Source: Takakia lepidozioides (Eukaryota > Plantae > Bryophyta). Taken from it: 64,000 nt of DNA. The stretch's first letter is position 1, and each line of letters opens with the position of its first letter. The notes below the pieces were generated by a model. The model was not told the origin of the DNA. It ran no database searches and was given only the letters and a program-made list of their open reading frames with translations. Position numbers and translations under genes: made by a program. The stretch covers positions 46,004,001-46,068,000 of the forward strand of contig CM060734.1 of assembly GCA_030704615.1 (NCBI GenBank), in the 5' to 3' direction. Positions 12,301 through 25,100 of this stretch are shown one piece after another.

Positions 12301-13856
12301 CCTAGGGACTTAGCCATTTTGGGAGCCCTGAACTGGAAATTCGGCGCCATTTTCCCAGGTCCGGCCCGAAAATGGCTAAGTCCCAGAACTGACTGGGCCT
12401 TGAAATGGAAAAATGAGAATTTCGGTTTTCGGTGCCCACTCTAGGGACTTAGCCATTTTGGGTGCCCTAGACTGGAAATTCGGCCATTTTTCCAAGGACC
12501 AATTTTTATGTGCCACATGAGGCCTCTAACATCCTGAAATGCAAGGACTTGAAAGGAAGGCATCACGTATGTACCTGTACAGAAGGCGCATTGTTGCTTT
12601 GTCCGCGTTCGGCTGGTCGGTGAATTCGTGGCTCCGGCGGGCATGGGGTATCTCCCGAAAGAATAGGTCGGTTTTGTACAGCAGAAAGTATCTCGTCACA
12701 TAGTCGCGTAGGCTCTCTGTTGCAGGAGAAATCTCCATCTTGAACTGATGTGCTTGTGTGTCCAGCTGCTCTTGCGCATTCGTCGTCACCTGTGGAGATT
12801 CTCCATCAGATCGCTTTCCTGAAAATACAATGAATCCCCCCCCTACAAGAGTAGAAGCGCCAAACGAAGCGTGGGGAAGTACCTGAAACCACCATGTCAT
12901 GCGGTTCATCCACATGTCGAATGTGGGGTCAGACAGTTTGTCCAGTTTAGGGAAGCTCCACATGTCCCTTGTACTTTGGGAACCATTCCAGATTTGGAGC
13001 CACCGGGTCTGTCCAACCACCCAGCATATTCGTAAGCGCCAAACACCACAAAAACGAGTTGTTGCCACCACAATTTGGTTAAGAATGTATCACCTTTTCT
13101 GTTGCATCCACACAGGATGTGGCCAGACGATGGAGCTTCTCCAATGTCATCGTGGGCTTCAGAGCGCGGGAGTAGTGCTTCCACCTCCACCAGAAAGTCG
13201 GCACCAAGGGTGGGATCAGCTATGGCCACGTACTTTACCATCCGCGACTTGTACTTTATGCAGGCCCTGGCCTCCGCAGCTTTGAGATACGATTCAAGTG
13301 CCGGGAGGGTTAGATTCTTCTCCTCTGACTCCATGTAGAACCTCCGCGCATGTGCCAAATCTGCTGAATTTTCGTCTGTCAAGAATGCGCACATAAGATT
13401 AGAGATCCTGCTCAACACTTTTTATTCTATTGGGGGAGGAGAGACAGATTAGCTCAACAAAACAGTCAGGAGCTTTACCCGAAATATGTAGTCCACCATG
13501 GCGTCTATGCTCAACCTATACCAGGTTCTGTCTGCCTTTGCCTCCGACTTGCGCAGGAGGTCGGCACTGAGCGAATTGGCAAACTCTTGCACCCCCTGAT
13601 TCCCGACATCCTTCACTCGGAAGAGCATATGGGACAAGTTGGTGGCAATGAAGGCATTCTCAGTCACCCTGCAATCCCACATTTCCATCAAACAATACTG
13701 AAATGGGAATTTTGAACAAATATGAGGATTCGCAATGAAATGACTTACAAATTTTGGGTCCAAAAGCAAGAGGCGTTGTAACTTACGAGTTGATGTCCGC
13801 CATTGCAGCTTTGAGAAGACTGCAATCTTTGGGCCCCGCAACCTTCACCACAACAC
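9319..13856 (-). pseudogene. Multi-exon gene for a large protein with a beta-class N6-adenine/N4-cytosine DNA methyltransferase domain (N6_N4_Mtase-like); degenerate and 5'-truncated
   Basis: Motif IV-like DMILLDIPDG (DIPD at 10863-10852), then YWKAGFGLAGMLLDDGGCVVV, FEAYCFVK and RSPAFIQTLMETCSDVQ. Removing intron 10252-10169 gives motif I and the following strand: GQILDLTCGTGASMWAGTLSDRHVFAFEPD. Intron 10605-10518 is phase 0. ORFs 11515-11931, 11017-11469 and 10504-10953 are one frame broken by two stops. Confidence 0.78.
11755..12495. repeat. Tandem array of ~5 copies of a 146-bp unit with internal inverted repeats, in a putative intron of the MTase gene
   Basis: Identical peptide starts 146 nt apart (ORF starts 12154 and 12300). 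Each unit has AAAATGGCGCCGAATTTC and GGACTTAGCCATTTT in both orientations. Confidence 0.9.
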
Positions 13857-14820
13857 TGTCGCGCGGCTTTTACTCACCCATCCCTTCGCTATCCGAGGTG
13901 GGAACTCCAAGATAGAAGAGTTGGAAATCTCTAAGCACTCAGCCCGCTCAGAACAATCAGTCATGACCTACAGCTAGTGTATCATGGGGGTGTTTCCTAT
14001 TTGTACTCCTTCCCGCATTCATGTTAGCGAGTTACCTTACTATCTGCAATTAAGTATAAGTTTGCTTTAGAAATCTATCAAGTTCCATCCATTCATTCCA
14101 CAGCTTCACTCAGATCTCTCTACACAGTGTGAGTATGAAGTATGTATCAAATTAATTAATATCTATCAAGTATCAGGTTGAAGCCATGGTGTCTCTATTC
14201 TGCTCTACATTACAACTCTACTTCTTGCATTCAGCCAGTATCAACAGATCGTTTTTCTCCTACTCCGTGCTCTCCCCTCTTTCTCCTCAGAGATGCGCTC
14301 TCCGCTCCATTTCCAAGTTCTGATCCCCCCCAAAGTCCTCCTCTCCCGTCCCGCTCCTCCTTTATCTTCCTTTCCGTGGTTCTAACCGTTTCCCTCACTA
14401 ACCGTCATCCGTGAACTAACATGTTTCATTCGCAGATGTTGTTCCCCACAGTCGTTCCCTGTCCTGTTATCCGTTCCCTATGGTCGTGACAGCTGTGTCA
14501 AGTTGTGACTGGCTGTGCGACTGTGTTGGGCTGTGTCGGGCTGTGTCGAACTGTGACTGGCTGTGACGGCTGTGTCTGGCTGTGGTGGTTGTGTCGGACT
14601 ATGACGGGCTGTGTTGGACTGTGACGGGCTGTGTCGGACTGTGACGGGCTGTGTGACTGTGACGGGCTGTGTCGGACTGTGACGCTGTGTACGGGCTGTG
14701 TAACCCCCCCCCCTAAAGTGCGCTGCTGTCACCCCTAGGGCTCCTATTGGGTCTGTGCAAAAATTAAGGGTACCCCACAGATCCCGTAAAAGTGCCTAAG
14801 TCCCAGACAGTCCTCTAACA
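13857..14820 (-). repeat. 3' LTR (964 bp)
   Basis: tgtcgcgcgg...tcctctaaca, near-identical to 25101-26052; contains a 10-bp GCTGTGTCGG/ACTGTGACGG minisatellite. Confidence 0.96.
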
Positions 14821-14838
14821 TTACCTCTTCTCCTCTCA
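14821..14838 (-). other. Polypurine tract
   Basis: Minus strand reads TGAGAGGAGAAGAGGTAA immediately before the 3' LTR. Confidence 0.8.
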
Positions 14839-14851
14839 AAAAGCCGTGTCC

Positions 14852-17800
14852 TCACGGTTTACTGTTTGGGATTTGTAACCCTTTGTGAGTGAGTACCCTT
14901 CTGACGTTAGAGTCTCGTGAAGGACTCCGTGTGCGAGCCCGTGTCCTGTCACTGGTTGAGGGAGATGATTGAACACTACCAGGATATGTCAGTCCCTCTG
15001 GAGGCTGATATCGAGGTAATCTTTCAGGCATAGGAGACCCCCGTCGCTTCTTCTCTGCCATCTGAATTGCATAGTCTTCTGCCATGTCAAAGAGTCCGCT
15101 GAAGAAACAGTAGTATCAGAATCCTCGTCCCTGAGGTGTTTTAACTGTCGAACTCTAACTGGAATTCTCTGGGGCATACAATGTTGTCCCACCATATCTG
15201 GAAGTTTAAACTGTAAAACTTGTTGTAAGCGCTGAATTGCAAAATTGGTGAAGACCCTGAGCTCCTTGTCTGTCCAGGTGAGTGGGAGTACCAATGACTT
15301 GTGAAATTGTGCAAGTATTTCCATGCCTCATGTCCCTTAAAGAAAATATCGTCAGGGCCGAATTTCTGTGTTGACAAATTGTTCCAGGCCGCATGAAACC
15401 ATGAACGAATCTGAGAATCCTTTTGCATCATAACTTTTGCCTCATATAGGTACATATGAGGTGGCACTGAAGGTAAGACCCAATGATCCCACTGGAATAA
15501 CTCAGAAAGCGCGTTTGCATCTTCTGCTGCTCAATGTGATAACGTACCAGAAAACAAGCAGCGTAGTATAACCCGCAGCCCATGACAATACTTGCTACCT
15601 CTTTGGTCTTGGTATAAATGAATCCATGTACAACTTGGAAGGCAATTAATTCCTTCAACATGGTACTTGCCTCATGCCAGTACTGCGCAAAGTGATGATC
15701 CTCAATTGGTCGATTGTTCGGAAGAACTTTAGTCCTAGTTGCCACTGGCAGCCAAATGCGCATGATTTGATAGTAATGTGCCAATGACTGCGGAGGACTA
15801 AATTCCTTCCAAGCCAAATCCAACACAATGGGAATTTGGTTGAAGGGCATAATCATAGCCCGACTGTACTCCCGTGCAGCTGGAGTTTTAGGTGGGTTAA
15901 AAGCAGCATTCCCCCATACCTCAGGCTGTGGTGGCCGTGGTGTGGTTGTAGTAACAACAGGGTCAGCTACTGGCACAGTGACTTGTTGTGGTGTTGGTGG
16001 CACTGGCTCTTGTACCATTGGCATCTCCTGCACCCCCTGCGAAGAAGACTGAAAAGCCAAAGTTCTCGCTTGTAAATAAGAAGCCATCAGCTGTCCCTCA
16101 GGTACAAAGACTCTCTTGTCGATATTTGAAGTGAGGTCCTCCACTTGAGTCTGCAGGCCGTCTACATCCTCTGTAACTCCGCTATCCTACTATAGACATT
16201 GTCTATAGTAGTTGTGGCAATGTTCTGCACTTGCAGTCTGAGTCTCGCTTTGGGTGAGCTTTCGTGGTGCTTTGCCCTCCACCGGCCCTTGTGCTAACCA
16301 GACCTGCATAAGGTGGTTATCCACCAAGTTGCTTGTGGCACCCCTGAGAGTCTGCTCCTCTGTGAGCCTGTACACATCTATCTACTGCTGTAAAGCCTCC
16401 ATGCGCTTCGCATGAGGTTCAACCAAACTCGCATAGGCAGCAGCCAGATTATTGGCTTCCTTCCAAGCCTTGTTAGCCACAGAGAGTTCATTTCTATTTA
16501 CCATGAGCGTTTGTTGCAACTCCAGGATGTACCTCTCTTGGTCAGCTTCAACCTGCCTGTATTGCTTGAAAGTATTCATTGCGACAGATTGTATTCTTCA
16601 TATCGACAATGAGTTTTACTTGCTCAACATTCTCTGCCTCTGCCTTCGTACATCTTTCCGCTTGACTGTTTATTTCTATTGTAGCTTGGTCAAGCATAGT
16701 TGTGAGTGTAGCACATTGTATGGCCATCCTGTCATGCACTGTCTGCAACTCCGTATGTAGTGCATTCACTTTTGCAACTTGCTTTCATGCTTCACCTGCA
16801 TTTGGTATAGCTGTTGCTTATGTGCTTCGTGCAACTGGTCTTGCGCGAGGCCTGCCTCAATCAATTGTTCCTTGGCCAATTGCAAAGCCGCTTCTGTACT
16901 CTCTAAGTCTTGCTGCATCTTGAGAGTGACCTCTTCATCGACCTTGTTTGCACACTCAGTGGCAAGTCGAGCCTCAAACTCCTTCCTGAGTTCCTCCCTC
17001 AAAGCTGCCAATTGGGAAGTTGGAACATGGGATTTGACATAAGTGCCCAACAAATTAAGTGTCCTGCTTATGGAACTCATAAGCATGGCCTGTTGAGGGT
17101 CATCATGGTGAGCTTGCTGCTGTTCTCCCCCTGATCCTCACAGTGTGATGCCTCATGAACCACTCAGGCCATTGTCCCACCAGATTTTCTTCCTGAACCA
17201 CTTCATCCGTCACAGGTGCTGCAGTGTTTTGACATTCTACCTGTGGTACCTCCGTCACAGGTGTGTTATTATATGCACCGCAGGTTTCCCCTGGACAACC
17301 TGCACCTCCGGAATCACTGTTTCCCTGACCAGACCAGAATTTTCATAGAGAAGGTCCCCCTTCTCAATTTCTGCCACCACTTGATATCTAACCCTTCTTT
17401 CTCCAAATCAATTATTTCTGGTGGAACTGCATGGACAACTTGTGGTAACTCTGTGACAAGCCGATCATCTGGCTGTGATGGCTGTGATACTGAAGTAACT
17501 TCCTCTTCCCTCTCTGAAGGTCCTGCTTCCAATAATAGCAGCTCTCTGTGCTGCTGTGCCCCTTCCTGCACAAGAGCTTGGGAAACATTATCATGCGGTT
17601 TTCGTAAGCCAGTGGATCCGCCACTACAGTCTTTCCCCGCCTCTGTCTCTTAGTCTGGGGTTGCCTGCCAGTCCACCTCACTGTGTGAAGAGCCTTGCTC
17701 TTCCATTGCAGTGGTTTCGGTCTCAAACACTCCCATCTCCTTTCTTTCCCGAGCATCAAGTATGCAAGAATCAAGAATTATTTGAGCAATGATTGGGCCA

Positions 17801-18355
17801 GACACTATGATAGGAGACTTTGCGGGTGCCCTGTAATCTTTTCATCTCCTCTATGCGTTGTACATTATGTCCGCCCATGCTACCTCTTCTCCTCTCAGGG
17901 CTTTGAGTATTTCCTCTGTGAAGGATCTGCTCAAATACTGTTGGTTCTGTTTCATGGCAAACAGAACGTTCAATACCTGGCCTACCTCCCTTAGCCCTGG
18001 GTAGACGGCCTTGGTACAAGCATAACCCTGAGTTTTAAAGAAACTCCTTTTTGGAATAAGTCCCCTATTTGCAGTCTTGCCCTGTGCTCCTCCACATGCA
18101 CCTGACCTGATGGCAATTCAAACAATTGCTGTAGGTATAGGGAGTAATTTCTAATTCAACTCCCTTCACCGTTGTTGCTCCTGTCCTAGGCTCAAAGTTC
18201 TGCAAGAATTGTAACATGTACTGCCTATGGTGCAATGTCCAATCTTTGCTTTGCAATCCTTCTAATCGCAGCTCCTTCAGTAACTGTACCGCCTGTGGAG
18301 TAGCAATCGTTTGTTTCTGCAGGATTGTGGTGCTCTTCACCCTGATTTCTTCCAT
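14852..18355 (-). pseudogene. Extra sense ORF(s) downstream of pol, fragmented; includes a long coiled-coil region; function unknown
   Basis: Chain of minus-strand ORFs 18065-18355, 17314-17571, 16766-17086, 16548-16769, 16382-16579, 15428-16144, 15141-15467 and 14989-15324, with E/Q/L/A-rich heptad-like composition in 16190-17086. Confidence 0.6.
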
Positions 18356-19056
18356 TCCTCACTCTCTCATTCTAGACCCACAAAAAGGTTTTGGCTGTAA
18401 CAATTGAAGAAATGCCTGCAGGGCACAAAACATAAACGTATGGTTGCCACAAAATGCTATGGGTAATTTCTTGTAAGCCTGCGGGGCTTGCAAGCATCGA
18501 TTAAGAGAAAAGATCCGCTCTGTTCTTCCGTCCCTATGCCACTGCGTAAGTAATATTGCGAGCGTATAGTCTGTTAGTTCCTCCATAGCTTCAAAGCTAT
18601 AGCATTGATGGTTTGTCCCGTCGAGACGCCCGTTACTTGGAACGACGCCGACTCTTGCGCTTAAAATCCTCCAATTTCTTGATCCTGCTTCTGGCTTTGA
18701 TTGGCTGTAACCGCTGTGACTGGATTTTAGATTTAATTTTCTTTAGTGGACTTTCCCTGCTGGACTGTCCACTAGGATAACACATGTGACAAGAATTTCG
18801 CTTTTCTGTACTTGCCGTTTGTTCCGTTGCCCTTTTTCCGTATTCATTAATGGGCCCGCCATTCATCCGAATTGACGTGCTAAGTAGGTACTTTGACGGC
18901 CATTCTTGTCCTCTTTCTTGATGACACCTGTTCTTTGCACTCCTTCTCAGCTGTGTGTCGCGCCTGACTTCCACGTGTCCATTTCTAAACTGGCTTCCGT
19001 CCTTTCTTCCGCCGGCCATTTCCCTGAAGTTATCCTGCGTCCACCTGTCACTGATT

Positions 19057-22000
19057 CTATGGATTGTGTAACCCTAGTAGGCTGTGTTGAGCTGTGACAG
19101 GCTGTGTCATACTGTGGTACGCTGTGATAGGTGATGCACTGTGGTAAGCTGTGATAGGCTGTGACACGCTGTGGTAGGTTGTGATAGGCTGTGTTGCGCC
19201 GTCTGGGCTGTGATAGGCGTGTCGCTGGGTTGTGATCTGTGTCACGCCTTGATGGGCTGTGATAGGCTGTGTCGCGCCTGTTCTGCCCGCCTGGTCATAT
19301 ATGCTCGGCCTAGCGACAAGTGCTCCATACTCCGTTGGTATCACTGGCGCAGCCCGTGACTGCTTTTGCGTTTCAACATGCAAATCATGCTGCAATGGTT
19401 TGTCATGGATACCACTGTACCCCTTCAACTTATTGGCATTGACTCTTCCCAGCATCTCTTTGTTAATGGTTTGTAACATGGCGGTGTTGTTATCATACAT
19501 CTTCTGTATGACATAAGGTCCTTTCCATGGTGATTTAAGCTTAGAAGCTTTAATCTTTCCCTTCTTCTGCAACCAGAGAACCAAATCTCCCGTCTTAAAA
19601 GTCTTTAACTTGCCTTCATCAAACTGTTCCTTCCTCTTCATCTGAATTCTGGTCATATTATCAGCTGCATCAGCACGTACTTCTTCCACATGGTATAATT
19701 CATGTTTCCTGACCTTAATTGAATCTTGCAATTCCATTCTCTTTCCCCATTCCGTTCTCATGGTAGGTAACAGGAATTCCACTGGAAGTAAAGCTTCCAT
19801 ACCATAAACTAATTGGAATGGTGTATACTTAGTGGTGACTTTATATGAAGTCCTGTATGACCACAAAGCTGTCAGCAGCTTTGTATCCCAATCCGTTCTG
19901 TTTGCATTGACTATCTTAGCCAAGATAGTACATAGTATTTTGTTGGTAGCCTCTGCCTGCCATTACCCTGTGGGTAATATGTTGTACTCTTCCTATGCAC
20001 AATCATGAACTCTTTAGTCAATAATTCAATGGTCTCATTAATGAAGTGACTTCCCTGATCACTGATAAATTCCAAGGGACAGCCAAATCGTGTAAGTATG
20101 TTCTCATACAGGAACCTTGCTGTGGACTTGGCTGTGTTGTCCCTCAAAGCTTTAGCTTCCACCCACTTCGTAGTATAATCAGTGGCTGTAATTATGTACC
20201 TGTTCTGTGTATTCTTGGCTGGTGGGTTTAATTGGTCCAACAAAGTCTAGTCCCATTTCTGAAATGGTTCCGTAGGCATTGTAGGATGCAAAGCATCTTC
20301 CCAGATCTCTGCAAAGGTCCTAGCCTCTGACATTCATCACAACTCTGACAATACTTGTGTACATCTTTGAACAAAGTAGGCCACCAGTAACCTGCATGTA
20401 GTATCTTCCTGCTGGTAGTCTCTTCTCCAAAATGACCTCCTGCCACTCCTTTATGAACTTCCTCCAAAACTTTATTAACTTCATGGTGGTATAAGCATCG
20501 CTTCAGCACTCCATCTGGTCCTAGCTTATACATTCTGCTCCCTACCATAGTGTAAGGTAGAGCCTTGATAGCAATTCTCTTTCTCTGCTCCTTTCCATAA
20601 CTTGGTGGGCACTGACCATGAGCAAGGTAGTATCTGATTGGCCACTGCCAATCTAACCAGTCATCTGCACTTCCCTGCACCTCCACTGCAAATAGACTCG
20701 CATCTGGTAATTGATCATCTACTCCCGTGGCTGGTTCTCCTGTTGATAACCGTGACAAGTGATCCGCCACAAGATGCAGCAGCCTCCCAGGCTTGTAAAC
20801 AACCTCGAACTCAAACTCGTGCAAGATTATCAACCATCTTGCTATTCTTCCGCTTATCAGATGTTTGTTTACCAGGTATATCAGAGCCTGGTGATCCACA
20901 TAGAACATAAACTTCTTGCCCAACAGGTAATGCCTGAATTTCTTCACTGCATAGATCATTGCCAATGCTTCTCTTTGCGTTGTGCTATAATTTCTTTCGG
21001 CATTGTTCATCAATCGGCTAGCATAGTACACAGTGAATCTATCCTTCCTGTAACATTTTGGGCTAACACTGCTCCTAGTGCTTCTCCAGAAGCATCACAG
21101 TGAACATGAAATATTTCCTGCCAGTGAGGATTAATCAGCACAGGTGTAGTTGTTAATGACAATGTAAGTTCCTCAAAAGCCTGTTGACATTCAGGTGTCC
21201 ATGCAAACACTGCATGATCCTGGTTCCAGTTCAATCTTATGCTGACAGATTTCAGGTGGTATCCGTTTTAGATCCTCATAGCTCCAAGCAAATACATCTC
21301 TGTATTTGATGAACAAACTCTTAGCTTCTTCAAAGAATTTTGGCTCCAATTCAGCTCCTACCTTCACCATCCTCGTTTCCTCTTCAGTTCCCACATTCAC
21401 TTCCCTCACCTGCTCATCAGCTGTGATTGTCCAACCAGTCACCATTCATCCTGTAAACTCACAGTGGCTGGTTCCTCTAGGATTTCCATTTCTCCTTCTC
21501 TTTCTTCATAGAAATGTGATGGGCAACTGCTGGTTTCCTCTTCAATTGGTGTTGCTGACACTACACCACAGCAGATACCTCTTAAACAACTTAGGCCTTC
21601 CAGTCGCATTTCTGCAACCTGCTCCCACTCTGGGTGTGCCGCAAACAGGGTAGCTTCTTGCTCCTCATCCAATCCTCCTCTCCAGTCATACTCTCTGACC
21701 CCTCGAGGTCTTCTCGTAGCAGGTAATCTACTAGATTTCTTTGTGGTAATTTGTATCTCGTGCATCCCATTATGCACGGTTAGTAACTGAGAATTCCAGT
21801 CATGGAATACCCTGGCCTGTTTCAGCCACGGACGTCCCAATAATAAGGATAAGCCTCCATGACTTCATCCATCTTCAACACAGTTACTGTGATCATAAAG
21901 ATCATCTTCTGTATCTGTATCTTAACTCCTCTTATTAATCCAATGGCTGTACACTTTGATCTGCCATTGTTACTGTAAATGGGGCTGGTTTCATGTTACT

Positions 22001-24600
22001 TAGACCAAGCTTAATTGGTCTGTCATGATATTTACTCCAGAGCCTCCATCTATCAGTACATCAGTTAGTTCTGTGCTTCCAATTCTCAATTGGATTACTG
22101 GCATAGAATCATCAAAGTCCATGACTGTTTCTCGCCCTTCCGGCTTCACATTATAACTGGTCACCTTGCTGTTCAGGTCTGTGTTTCTTGTCTCCTGGGC
22201 AATTCGATTGATTGCTTGATACAGCTTGTGTCTACAATAAGGTGCTACAGCCAATAGCTGTCCAATGGTAATCTCTACTTTGGTCTGGCATATTACTTCA
22301 GCCAAAGTCTCTTCATTACTTTGCATGTCTGCATCTTCTTTCTTCCTTTCATCCTCACTCACTTCTTCTTCTCCATCAGAATCAGAGGAATCTGCCACAG
22401 GAATATCAGTACTCTTCTGCATTTCCCTTATGGTATCTGCCACTTCCTTGTGCAGTTCCTTCTCATCTCTCCAAGCCTCATCATCTTCAGGCATATCACT
22501 GCCATTTCCATTATCATCATCTTCCTCAACTACTGGAGGTATTGGTTTGGCTTTGCTTCTTGTTACTATCATTGTACTTACTTCTGGTACAAGACATGGC
22601 CTAACCATGTGAGCAACCACCACTGGGCCCTCATTCACAGGAGCTCTCATCTCATTCTGGTGTCTAATCCAGAATGAACAGGCTGCCTTGCGATGTCCTG
22701 GCTGATTACAATAGTAACACAGTTTTCCACCATTGGGTCCTCGCCCTTGGTCTGCTCTTGGATTATTTCTGTAATCCTGATTCCCGGGCTGGTAATTCCC
22801 CCTTGCATTACCCTGATAGTTGCCTCTGGAATTTCCTTGGTAATTCCCTCTTGAATTACCTCTCATTTCCATGCCATTGTTATAACCACCAGACCTACCA
22901 TAGTGGTCCTGATCATTGTTTCTTCTTGGCTGGGGCTACACCTGATGCACCCTTACTTGCCTAGGTTCTCTTGCAGCTGTCCTTCTGTTGTAGTAACAAT
23001 TCTCAGTAGAATGGTTATCCATTTTATAGATAGTACAGTGTTTCTCCTTCATGTGGCATTCAGTGGTGGTATGGCCTTCATTCTGGCACTTTGCACACCA
23101 TACACCCTTTCTCCAATGTGTTACAGCCTCTGTGGCATACTTCTTCAAGATTTCTTCTAATCTTTTCTCATAGTTATCCCTCTTCAACTTCTCCTTTTTC
23201 TTACTCTTCCTTTTTAGTTCTTGCTCTTCTTCTTCATCTGACTCATCCTCAGAGTCCTCATCATCCCTTTTCTCTCTCCTGAGCATTCCTAATTGCTCAA
23301 TTCTGTTTGCAGTTTCAAATGCCTCCTCCACTGTATTATGGGGTAACATATCCACTTTCTTTTGCAACTCTGGTCTTAGTCCACTCACAAACCAAGTCTT
23401 CTGTAAACCTGGTGCTGGTACATTAGCATCATCAATTCCATCTTTTCCATATACTCCTCAACAGTTTCATGCTTCCTTTGCTTTAACTGTTGTAAACTTC
23501 CATACACTTCATCCTCAGTTTTACTTGTCCTGAACCTATTTCGGAATGTTGTATTCAAGCCATTCCAGGTTAGGAAATGATTATCAGGGAATCTTGCATA
23601 CCATTCACTTACTTTCTTGATAAGTGAACAAGGAAACAATCTCATCTTGGCATCATCGCCATTCTCATTGTTCACTATACACATGTGCTCAAATTGGCTA
23701 ATGTGTACATCGGGATCCCCTTTTCCTGAATATATTGGAAAAGGTGGTTTTGCCCGTGTTGGTTGTAACGCCATCTGTGGCCCTACCTTCTGCCCACTGA
23801 CAGGTGCTGACACCCTTGCTGGTGCTGGTCCTTCAGGACCTGTTGTTGTTGTGGTGGATCTTCCACCAAGTGGTGGCCCTTGAGCACTCCCTGCTACTGG
23901 CCCCACGTTATTCACAGTATTCCCAGCTCCAGTTGCACTACTTCCCACACTCCTTGTCCCCCCAGAGCCAGATCCAGGCAGCCCGCTTGATCCCCCTGAG
24001 CTGACACCTTCGTTGGCCTGTGATCCAAGTGCTCCACTTGATCCAGGTCCAACGGGTTGGGATGTCCTGGTTGTAGTCTCAACCTCAGCTGTTGGGTCTA
24101 CTTCTTCATACTCTTCCTCTTCTAATTTCTTCTCTCTATTTTCATCTTCCAAGTTCTGCCCTTGGGTTTCTTCTTCACTCATGTAACTCAACTGCAATGG
24201 TGTTGGAGTCTGAACTCTCCGTTGGCTCTGCCACATCCTCTCCTCCTTCTTCACCCGCTTCAAAAACTGGAGTTCCTGCTTTTGGTGTTCCATGCCAACT
24301 CTTATCAAAGATTTCTGTCAAATCTTTTATCTAGGGATGTACCTCAGATCTTTCACCTCGTGATTGATCTTTTTTCCGTACCAATTCCCTTAATCTTTCT
24401 TGCAAAGAAAAAGAAGGAGTGGCATCCAACTCTAGTTCTTCCGGTATGGGTGATGTACTCTCTGATCTTAATGGTGTGAGAGGTCCAGATGATTCCCCTA
24501 TGTCTATTCCTCTCTCCCAAAGATATGGATAATTAGCTTTCAGATAGCTTTCTCTTTTTGCTGAATATCTCTGGCGTCTAGCTTCTCTTTCATCACTCAT
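19057..24600 (-). pseudogene. Gypsy gag-pol polyprotein, frameshifted, RT core deleted
   Basis: Gag: YSGKGDPDVHI..EWY..LTW..FRNRF. Zn knuckles CAKCQNEGHTTTEC and CYYCNQPGHRKAAC. Protease LIDGGSGVNIM..GRPWL. RT start VFAWSYEDL..HKIEL jumps at ~21215 to FAWTPECQQAF. RNase H: HCDAS, NYSTTQREALA. Integrase: GGHFG..YWWP..CQSCDEC, SDQGSHF, GPY. Confidence 0.93.
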
Positions 24601-25081
24601 GTCCCATGTCTTTCATTTCTTTTAATGTGGCAATAACCAAAACTCTCTTCTGTAATATCTCTCGTATATGCCTGGGTTTCTTTCAAGCTTCAATGCACCT
24701 TTGGCTATACTAGAAGTCTCCGTTACCATATAACCATATGGCCCTTTCTTTCCTCCCAGCCTTCAAACTCTACTTGCTTAATGGATAGCAATGCTATCAC
24801 ATAAACCAGTGTTGGTAACCAACGTGCTCTTCCTCTCCAGGCCACCTGATAAATCTTTATCACTCCTTTCTCCAGACCCCACTCAGGGTCAGCATCATGC
24901 ACTCTCTTAAGAATGTTTTCTTTACAACCGTCTGGCAATTCCAAGAACCTCTGAAAGAATCGTTTGGACAATCTATCCTTCTCAGTTTCACAAGGAATTT
25001 GATTCACATCAAATTCTTTAATTCTCCAACCACCATGATCCCACCAGATGCCTGTCACATCTGGTTGTTCATGACCTAGTT

Positions 25082-25098
25082 CCCCAGTATGGTCGCCA
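25082..25098 (-). other. Primer binding site
   Basis: Minus strand reads TGGCGACCATACTGGGG 2 nt inside the 5' LTR; resembles tRNA-Arg-type PBSs of Tat-like elements (tRNA identity is inference). Confidence 0.75.
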
Positions 25099-25100
25099 AA

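Noticed and set aside
11873-12444. ORFs such as MAGTENRNSAPFFQFQ...
   Set aside because: They are translations of the tandem repeat, not protein-like.
11755-12495. CRISPR-like regular repeats with palindromes
   Set aside because: Whole 146-bp units repeat with no unique spacers, there are no cas genes, and the context is eukaryotic.
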